Source: Heterodontus francisci (lineage: Eukaryota). From it: 64,000 nucleotides of DNA. The first letter of the stretch is position 1. Every line of letters starts with the position of its first letter. The stretch lies in contig NC_090378.1 in NCBI RefSeq assembly GCF_036365525.1, positions 120,203,593 through 120,267,592 on the forward strand, in the 5' to 3' direction. The position numbers and the translations under genes are program-made. This document shows positions 1 through 7,479 of the stretch, in pieces. The notes below the pieces were generated by a model, which saw nothing but the letters and a program-made list of their open reading frames with translations, made no database searches and had not been told where the DNA came from.

Positions 1-258
1 GTGGGACTGTGTGTCCAATATTATATATTATATATAACTGTGGGATGTGTCAGTGCAGGAGGCGTGACTGTGTGTCCATTATTATATATTATATATAACT
101 GTGGGATGTGTCAGTACAGGAGGTGGGACTGTGTGTCCATTATTATATATTATATATAACTGTGGGATGTGTCAGTACAGGAGGTGGGACTGTGTGTCCA
201 TTATTATATATTTCTATAACTGTGGGATGTGTCAGTACAGGAGGTGGGACTGTGTGTA
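1..258. repeat. 61-bp minisatellite (GTGGGACTGTGTGTCCATTATTATATATTATATATAACTGTGGGATGTGTCAGTACAGGAG), at least 4.2 copies, truncated by window edge
   Basis: Units start at 1, 62, 123, 184 and 244 (one 60-bp unit); near-identical; array ends ~4 bp from the RSS nonamer. Confidence 0.95.
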
Positions 259-262
259 TTGA

Positions 263-290
263 GGTTTTTGTACGGCTCTGTCTCACTGTG
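263..290 (-). other. Recombination signal sequence, 12-bp spacer (V-RSS)
   Basis: Minus strand reads CACAGTG (290-284) + AGACAGAGCCGT (12 bp, 283-272) + ACAAAAACC (271-263). Heptamer and nonamer are both perfect consensus and directly follow the V exon. Confidence 0.98.
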
Positions 291-592
291 TAGAGGGTAG
301 CTGCTATATTGCTGACAGTAATAATCTGCGACATCCTCATTCTGTACATTACTGATTGTCAGAGTGAATTTGGTGTTCTGTTGACTGCCGGTGAATCGTT
401 CGGATGTTCCTGTGTATCGATCCGTTGCCTCATTGATCAGGAGAGTGGGTTTCTGACCGTCTCGCTGCTGATACCAAGCTACATCATCGCTAACGGACTG
501 GCTGGCCGTACAGGTGATCGTTGCGGTCTGTCCCAGTGTCACTGACAGTGCCGGTGGAGACTGGGTCATGATGATGGTGTCTCCACTGATAC
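291..592 (-). CDS. IGKV: Immunoglobulin light-chain variable segment, kappa type (elasmobranch type III/NS4-like), V exon, germline unrearranged
   Basis: Acceptor ...TACCCCTCAG| (AG at 594-593), then (G)[100 protein letters not shown]. Shows both conserved Cys, WYQQ, DVADYYC and kappa-like MTQSP and CDR3 QQ..SYP; no stops. A 12-RSS is consistent with kappa. The ORF track start at 710 is intronic read-through. Confidence 0.93.
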
Positions 593-778
593 CTGAGGGG
601 TAATAGAGAAACAGAGTGAAGTAAGAACTGTCACAGAAAGACCCTGTAAAATGAGATATTATTTGAGACAGTGACCGTTCCTCTTGTTTCAGCATTTTCA
701 CTCCTATCACAAGTCAGTCGAATTGGACTGAAATAAACAGCAGGAAAATATTAAACGTGGAAGGAGAGAGATTTGTAC

Positions 779-827
779 CTGCGACGCAGAATGCCAGAGG
801 CCAGATCAGCTGGATGGGTGAAATCAT
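779..827 (-). CDS. IGKV: Leader (signal peptide) exon of the Ig kappa V gene: MISPIQLIWPLAFCVA(G)
   Basis: GGCACCATG Kozak context at 827. The 49-nt exon ends in a phase-1 donor CAG|GTACAA at 779/778. Intron 593-778 (186 bp) splices in frame to the V exon, the classic split Ig leader. Confidence 0.92.
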
Positions 828-885
828 GGTGCCTGCTCCTGTCTCTGTGCCTGGTTACTGATAAACTCTCCCTTCACTGGGCTCT

Positions 886-897
886 GCTTTATAAAGC
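886..897 (-). promoter_or_regulatory. TATA box of the V promoter (palindromic GCTTTATAAAGC)
   Basis: TATAAA ~60-70 bp upstream of the leader ATG and ~40 bp downstream of the octamer-like site. Confidence 0.75.
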
Positions 898-933
898 TGC
901 AGCCTGTGAGAGTCTGACTGCCTGTTTCTCAGT

Positions 934-941
934 ATGTAAAT
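934..941 (-). promoter_or_regulatory. Octamer-like element ATTTACAT (7/8 match to the light-chain octamer ATTTGCAT)
   Basis: Plus strand ATGTAAAT at 934-941; light-chain orientation; ~107-114 bp upstream of the ATG, where the IgL octamer is expected. Confidence 0.7.
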
Positions 942-974
942 GGTATCACCCAGAGAAAGGCACGTCAGCAACTC

Positions 975-1214
975 TCACTTCCTCTTCTCTCTCCCTCTTC
1001 CCCCCTCTCTCACTCTACCTCTCCCCCCTCTCTTCCTCACTCTCCCTCTCCTCCTTCTCTTCCACTTCCTCTGTCTCCCTCTCTCACTATCCCTCTCCCT
1101 CACTCACTCTCTTTCTCTCCCCTTCTCTCTATCCTTGTCTCTGTTTTGCTCTTTTGTGCTCTTTCTTTGTCATCCTCTCTTTCTGCCTCTCTCTCTCTGT
1201 TACTCTGTCTCACT
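975..1214. repeat. CT-rich low-complexity polypyrimidine tract
   Basis: Almost entirely C/T on the plus strand; degenerate (CT)n. Confidence 0.9.
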
Positions 1215-1635
1215 GGCCTGGATTTTAAGGCTCCCTCGACATTGTGATCCCTGGTGGGAGATCCTGAAGTTGGCTCCGGATGAGGCCACCACGGACCTTG
1301 ACGCCGGCAGAGCCACTCCCGATCCTCCCGGTGACGGGGAGGCTCTGTGCCGACCACTCGGCCGCTGGGCGACAGGACCACAATTTAAATATTTAAATTA
1401 ATAATACTAATGAATTTAAATCTACTCACCCGTGATCTTGAGGGTCCGTCACAGTGTCGCACCTTCAGAACCCTGTCTGGGGAAACAAGGCACCACACTG
1501 GTGGGGAGGTGGGAGCAGGTCAGTTTCTCAGTGCAGGAGTTGGGGGGGAAACAGGGTCAAATAAACAGCAGGATGGAGGGGATGGTGGGAATTTTCTGTC
1601 ATTTTCTGAACTCGCTGACGAGCTCATAGAACCCA
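1215..1635 (+). mobile_element. Non-autonomous DNA transposon/MITE fragment (Harbinger-like), truncated by the gap
   Basis: Begins GGCCTGGATTTTA, resembling the TIR at 1956. Colinear with 4972-5400 (CCCGATC.TCC.GGTG, GCTGGG.GAC, ATATTTAAATTAA, CACCTTCA, GGGGAAAC, GGTGGGGA blocks). CpG-rich interior. Superfamily is inferred. Confidence 0.6.
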
Positions 1636-1916
1636 NNNNNNNNNNNNNNNNNNNNNNNNNNNNNNNNNNNNNNNNNNNNNNNNNNNNNNNNNNNNNNNNN
1701 NNNNNNNNNNNNNNNNNNNNNNNNNNNNNNNNNNNNNNNNNNNNNNNNNNNNNNNNNNNNNNNNNNNNNNNNNNNNNNNNNNNNNNNNNNNNNNNNNNNN
1801 NNNNNNNNNNNNNNNNNNNNNNNNNNNNNNNNNNNNNNNNNNNNNNNNNNNNNNNNNNNNNNNNNNNNNNNNNNNNNNNNNNNNNNNNNNNNNNNNNNNN
1901 NNNNNNNNNNNNNNNN
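1636..1916. other. Assembly gap (281 N)
   Basis: Run of N; distance and contiguity across it are uncertain. Confidence 1.
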
Positions 1917-1955
1917 TCTCCCTCTCCCTCTCTCTGTCTCAGGATTCGAGCCTCT

Positions 1956-2521
1956 GGGCTGAATTTTACCAGCCCCTCCACTCGCGGGTCACAGCGCTGG
2001 GGCAGTTAAAATTATGTGGGGAGTCGCCCGCCTCGACCCCCCGTGTTGTGGAGAAGGGCTCGCCGCATATTACCAGTGGCGAGGGGACATTGGTGCCACC
2101 GCCCACTGCCACTGGTGGCGGGACCTTCATCTCCATATTAAAATGAACCTTAATTCCGAGGCGGGAACCTGGTGGGGAGTGGGGAGGAATAAAACTTTCA
2201 GGGCGGGAGGGGTGGGGGAGCGGGGGAGCGGGGAAAACAATTTTGATTGGATGTGGGGATGGTGGGAAGAGGTTGAAGGGTAAAGATTGAAGGTTGGGGT
2301 GAAAGTTCAGGTATTTGAAAAAGCCAGTTGTTGATCATTTCGGGCAATGAAATGACCATTGGGGAGTTGGGGAAGGGCTTCCATCACAAAGATTTTTATT
2401 TAATAAAATTTTACAATAATACACCTTTATTTAAATGAGCCCCTATGTGTAATATCGCGGGGGCTCCGGGACGACACATCTGCACAGTCTCCATCCCGAC
2501 AACACTCATAAAATTCATCCT
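1956..2521 (+). mobile_element. MITE with terminal inverted repeats (~566 bp, Harbinger-like)
   Basis: Left end GGGCTGAATTTTA (1956-1968); right end TAAAATTCATCCT (2509-2521; reverse complement AGGATGAATTTTA), 11/13 match. No coding capacity; no clear TSD. Confidence 0.7.
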
Positions 2522-2544
2522 TGGATTTCTATCACCCTGTTCGT

Positions 2545-2932
2545 CCACCTCTCTGTATCTCTCTCAGTTATACTTTCACCCTCCTCTCTCTCATTGCATA
2601 TCTGTCTTTCACATTCTTCTCATCTCGCTCTCCCTGTTTTGCTCTTCTCCCTGTCGCTCTGTCTCTTTCTCATTCTCTCTCATTTCTGGTCTCTCTCTCC
2701 CATTGCGTTTCTCTCTCCCTCTTTCCCTGTCTCTATCTCTCTGTCTTTGTTCCTCTGCCTACTCATCTCTCTCTCCCACCCTCCATTGTTCTGTAATTCT
2801 GTAACTGATCTCTATAACAGGAGTTATTACTGGAGACTGGAACACTTTGAGGCCTGGTGCAGCAGTTAAATGTCTCCCCCTCTCTCTTTCTCTCACTCTG
2901 TCTCACAGCCTCCACCTCTCTCTCTTTCCCAC
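2545..2932. repeat. CT-rich low-complexity tracts (2545-2790 and ~2873-2932)
   Basis: Degenerate (CT)n; source of spurious S/L-rich ORFs. Confidence 0.85.
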
Positions 2933-3407
2933 AGTCTCCCAGGTGGAGCACAGTTAAATGAAGGGTAAAACTCCCTCTGTTCTGCCCCACCAATGGATGT
3001 TAATTCTTGACCCCAGAAACATGCCTTCTCCTGGAGTAAGGCCCCATTCCCCACAGTGACCATGCTTTGGCCTCTCTCAGTAAGACTGGCAGATTATTGT
3101 TAAATTTAGGACAGTTCTGTGCTGTTGGCCTATTCTCAATGGGACTGGTTTGGACAGAAAGCTCATTTCGTGAAGGCCCAGCAGAGAGAGGAGATCCTCA
3201 CCCCATCAGTGTGAGCTGGAGGGACAGGACAGGGTCTGACCCACTGCCCCATCCTGTCAGCTCATAACATGTTCAAATCCCTTCCCCTCTCCATCCCCTT
3301 CCATGGTCAGGCTCCGGGTCATGGAGTTTTACTGGGATGAGGGGTCGACAATCACACATTTACAACATAAAGGAGCTTTGCTTCACATCAACCATGGTGA
3401 CCATGTT

Positions 3408-4240
3408 CCACTGGACCTCCAATAGGGACCAGTAAACATGGGCCTCCTTCCCACTGGACCCTCCAATCGGGACCAATAAACATGGGCCTCCTTCCCACTG
3501 GACCCTTCAATAGGGACCAGTAAACATGGGCCTCCTTCCCACTGGACCCTTCAATAGGGACCAGTAAACATGGGCCTCCTTCCTGCTGGGCATCCAATAG
3601 GGACCAGTAAACATGGGCCTCCTTCCCACTGGACCCTTCAATAGGGACCAGTAAACATGGGCCTCCTTCCTGCTGGGCATCCAATAGGGACCAGTAAACA
3701 TGGGCCTGCTTCCCACTGGGCCTCCAATAGGGACCAGCAAACATGGGCCTCCTTCCCACTGGACCCTCCAATAGGGACCAGTAAACATGGGCCTCCTTCC
3801 CACTGGGCATCCAATAGGGACCAGTAAACATGGGCCTCCTTCCCACTGGGCCTCCAATAGGGACCAGTAAACATGGGCTTCCATCCCACTGGGCATCCAA
3901 TAGGGACCAGCAAACATGGGCTTCCATCCCACTGGACCCTCCAATCGGGACCAATAAACATGGGCCTCCTTCCCACTGCACCCTTCAATAGGGACCAGTA
4001 AACATGGGCCTCCTTCCCACTGGACCCTCCAATCGGGACCAATAAACATGGGCCTCCTTCCCACTGCACCCTTCAATAGGGACCAGTAAACATGGGCTTC
4101 CATCCCACTGGGCATCCAATAGGGACCAGCAAACATGGGCTTCCAACCCACTGGGCCTCCAGTAGGGATCAGTAAATATGGGCCTCCTTCCCACTGGCCC
4201 TCCAGTAGGGACCAGTAAACAATGGCCTCCTTCCCACTGG
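3408..4240. repeat. 43/44-bp minisatellite (ACTGGACCCTCCAATAGGGACCAGTAAACATGGGCCTCCTTCCC), ~19 copies
   Basis: Tandem units with 43- and 44-bp variants; right-hand copies are more diverged. Confidence 0.95.
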
Positions 4241-4289
4241 GGCTAAAGTAGTTGAGCTTCAAACCCCACATCCTCTCCATCATGTGAGC

Positions 4290-4880
4290 CTCTTATTTCT
4301 ATCCCCACAACATTGCCTGTCTCTACACTCCATCAGCCCCTTGACCACACAAACCCTTATCCCTGCTCATCTTGTCTCCAAACTTGATTATTCCCATGTC
4401 TGCTGCCGGCTTCTTTCATCCACTCTCCATAAACCCCGACTTGTCTGAAATGCAGTGGTCAGTACACTGTCTGACACCAAGTGCCGTTCCAACACGACCC
4501 CTGACCTCACTGACCTACTACCCTGACCTCACTGACCTCTGTTTCCCTCCTCCCTACCCTCTGCCTCCTGCTGCAGACTCACATTCCCTCCCTCACTCTT
4601 CCATCTTCTAACTCGCCTCTCCTGCCCATCGCTGCTTCCTTCATCCCACCATTGACAGCAGAGCCTTCAGATGCCTCGGCCCTGCTCTCTGAACTCCCGC
4701 CATTAATCCCTCCCCCTCTCCAGGTCTCTCTCTGCTCCATCAAACTCCATCCTTTCACCCAAGACTTTGATCACTCTTCCGAAAGACTCCTCACCCCCTA
4801 CCCCGTTCCTCTTACTGTGGCTCTGTGAAGCATCTTGTGATGTTTTGTACTTTAAAGGTGCTATATAAATGCAAGTTGTG
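4290..4880 (+). mobile_element. Degenerate L2-clade LINE 3' fragment
   Basis: Decayed remnants of the L2 ORF2 C-terminus (ACATTGCC...TCTCCAAACTTGATTATTCC, cf. NIAR...SRLDYSN), ending in the tail TTTAAAGGTGCTATATAAATGCAAGTTGT. Homologous to 6340-6994 and 8286-8700. Confidence 0.7.
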
Positions 4881-4971
4881 TGTGGATTTCCGGTGGGGAC
4901 AGAATTGGACACAGTTGTGATGGCCCCTGCAGTCAAATATCCTGCTAACAGGGTCCAGGTTTACACATGTA

Positions 4972-5760
4972 GGCTGGGATTTAGTTGAGGTCCCGATGTC
5001 GGGATCCGTGACGGGGGATGGTGGCGGGGACGCCGGAAGATCATTCTGACAGCGGCCGGACACGGAGTCCGACGCCAGGAGTGTCGGACCCGATCTTCCT
5101 GGTGGTGACGTGGCTCCGGGGCGGTCCCTCCGCTGCTGGGTGACGGGATCCGACTTTACATATTTAAATTAAGTAAATGAATAAATTTAAATAAAATCAA
5201 CAGCAATCTTCCCGGCTGCCCGCGATCTTCCGAGCGGCGGCCGGCACTCACACCTTCACTTCCCCGTCCAGGGAAAACTAGCACCACCGAGGTGGGGATG
5301 GGGGGAGACTTAGGATCTTTAGTGCAGTGAGAGGGGGTTCAGGGTCCAATCAGCATTAATAGTGCAGGGGAGGGTGGGAAGGGGTGACCTCTGAACTTTG
5401 ATCAGTTTGGGGGGAAGGTCAAGTCTTGCAGGTAAGTGTTTTGTTGGGGGAGAGGAGGACAACCATTACATTTAATTGTTATTGGGGGGAAGGGGCGAGA
5501 GTTTATTTTGCAGTTCATTGGGTGGGGAGGGGTTAGGGCGTTAAAAATGTAAATGTAGCAGCAGGACTGGCTGTCCTTTCAAAATGGCACCAGCGCCTGT
5601 GTAAAGGCAGCTGATGCTGTTGCCAGCGTGGCAGAGCACCCCCTCTCCATGTGATTGAGGGGGCAGCACGACCATCGTTTTATGTTGGGCCACCGTGCGG
5701 TCGATCGTGGTAGCATGGCGGCACGGGGACCACATGTGTGACCACCATATTGTTCACCCA
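4972..5760 (+). mobile_element. MITE/non-autonomous DNA transposon, same family as 1215-1635; right end uncertain
   Basis: Begins GGCTGGGATTTA; colinear similarity to 1215-1600; no clear right TIR. Confidence 0.55.
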
Positions 5761-5974
5761 CAGAATGGGGAAGTGGGTGAGGTAGGAATGTGCTGTCGGG
5801 GCCCATGGAACTGTTACCCCAGCATGAAGTGTCCCTCAGGAGGGGAGAGGGAATGTTCCGAGTCCTGAGCTCCATTACCCACACCAGGCATTTTGTCTTC
5901 CAATGAATGAATGAGATGCCAATTTCGAGTCCGGGTTAGGGACAGTCTCGTACTGTGGGTCCAGGTCTACAAGA

Positions 5975-6102
5975 GGGAATTGGAGATAGACCTGAAAAGG
6001 AAAGATTTGCTGGGTTATGGGGCTGGAGAGGGGCAGTGGGAGTAATTGGGTAGCTCACAGGCACGATGGGCTGAATGGCCTCCTTCTGTGCTGTAAGATT
6101 CT
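5975..6102 (+). mobile_element. CR1-type LINE 3' end fragment
   Basis: GGGTTATGGGG...GGCACGATGGGCTGAATGGCCTCCTTCTGTGCTGTAAGATTCTA; the same terminal motif occurs at 9097-9123 and inverted at 7480-7515. Confidence 0.75.
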
Positions 6103-6340
6103 AGGTGGTGTGTGCGGTTCACAGTTTTCTCCCGTGTCATTAACAAACGTCCAGCTGCTCCGAGCTCCTTCTTTCACTTCCTCTGTTAGTTAAGTTTCAA
6201 TCTTCCGATCTGAGTCTTTGCAGTTATTTTTTACATTGGGGATTTCTGCTGTGGTCGGAGTCTCTAATAATAACCGTCCAATCAAAGAAAATAACAGCAG
6301 CTAAGACCAGTCAGCACTGAGGACCCAGTCTCACTGGGGA
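6103..6340. promoter_or_regulatory. Candidate lymphoid enhancer (EICE + E-box + two RUNX sites + CCAAT)
   Basis: TTTCACTTCCTC 6172-6183 (GAGGAAGTGAAA on minus), CAGCTG 6152-6157, TGCGGTT 6113-6119, TGTGGTC 6250-6256, CCAATCA from 6278. Lies in apparently non-repeat sequence between two LINE fragments. Motif evidence only. Confidence 0.4.
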
Positions 6341-6994
6341 ACACATTGGGAAGATCAAAGCCATTGTCTTCAGTTCCTGGTACAAACTCCATCCCTCTCC
6401 CTGAACACTGTCTGCTGCCGAACCAGACTCTTTACAACCTTAGCCTCATCTTTGACCCTGATCTGACCCCAAATCCTCCACATCTCAATGATTATCCACT
6501 TCCCCCTCTGTAACATTGCCCATCTCTGCCCCTCCCTCACTCCTTCCGCTACTGAAACTCTTCTTCATGTCTTTGTCACCTCTAACTTTACTATTCCAGT
6601 GTTCTCCTGACCAGACTGCCATCCTCCACTCTCTGTATTCTTCAGCTCATCCGAAGCTCTGCTCTCTATATCCTGTTCCAAACCAAGTCCTGTTCACCAT
6701 CACCCCCGTCCATGCTGACCTACATTGGGCTTCCATCCCCCAACACCATCACATTTCAATGTAAAATTCTACTCTCTGGATTGAAATCCCTCCGTAGTCT
6801 TGACCCACCCCCGTATCTAGAACCTCCTTTAACCTTGGTCTCCTTGAAACACTTCACCCTCCTTAAAACCCACATCTTTAACCAAGCATTTGGTCACCCC
6901 TCCTAATCTCTCTGTATCACTTGTGTCTGTTTTCCTGATGTCATGTGAGGTGGCGTGCGATGTTTCTCTACATTAAAGAGGTGACTTGTTGCTG
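6340..6994 (+). mobile_element. Degenerate L2-clade LINE 3' fragment
   Basis: AAGCCATTGTCTTC...CTGAAACTCTTCTTCATGTCTTTGTCACCTCTA...CTCCTTAAAACCCACATCTTTAACCAAGC (LLKTHIFNQAF), then a decayed tail; aligns with 8286-8700. Confidence 0.75.
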
Positions 6995-7285
6995 ATATAT
7001 ATCGATGATTTGGTCTTGGACAGAGGGAGCACGATCATTGGAATGTGCTGATTACACAGAAGGAGAGGTTTGACAAACAGGGAGGAGACCAGACAAAGAC
7101 TTGGGGAGAGGGATCAGGGAAGGGACAGATCGGAGACTGACACAATTCAATGTCGAGGGGTTTGAGATGATGGGTTTTGGAAGGAAAAGGAGTGAAAAGC
7201 TGATGAAGGAAGTGTAGAAGCAGAGAGATCTCGGGTTCAATTACATCATTCCTTGAAAGTGGAAATGCAGATCGATAAACCCTTG
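6995..7285 (+). mobile_element. Highly degenerate CR1 reverse-transcriptase fragment
   Basis: ATATATATCGATGATTTG (IYIDDL), GCTGATTACACA (decayed ADDT), CAATTCAATGTCGAG (QFNVE), TTTGGAAGGAAA (FGRK), CAGAGAGATCTCGGGTT (QRDLG), with frameshifts. Confidence 0.6.
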
Positions 7286-7479
7286 AATTAAAACAATCAA
7301 CAGCGTTTGGAAACTAAAAACTACAGATAGTAGAAATCTGAAATCAAAACCAAGAATTCACTAAACATTCAGCAGCCTCTCGGGGATTAAACTTCAGGTT
7401 TTTATTCAAATTGTATTCAATAAACATGTGAATCTGAGGAGAATACAGGACTATGGGGATAGAGCAGGGTAGTGGGATT

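Noticed and set aside
593-710. N-terminal extension of the 204..710 ORF
   Set aside because: It is intron sequence; the true start is the spliced leader at 827. The part after 291 is RSS and minisatellite read-through.
2811-2975. Possible small plus-strand exons after pyrimidine tracts (AG at ~2820 and ~2934; also ~25111)
   Set aside because: Acceptor-like sites arise by chance after CT repeats; no convincing reading frame, donor or recognisable product.
773-2993. S/L-rich and R/E-rich ORFs around the CT tracts and the N gap
   Set aside because: Low-complexity or N read-through artefacts.
3052-3058. Isolated CACAGTG heptamers (3052-3058; also 1450-1456) as additional RSSs
   Set aside because: No nonamer at 12 or 23 bp and no adjacent V, D or J coding sequence.
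3388-4283. Repetitive minus-strand ORFs (GPCLLVPIG, EAHVYWSLL)
   Set aside because: Translations of the 43/44-bp minisatellite with constant frame switching.
7314-7380. Possible Penelope-like repeat remnant (ACTACAGATAGTAGAAATCTGAAATCAAAAC...)
   Set aside because: Too short and degenerate to classify without a database search.
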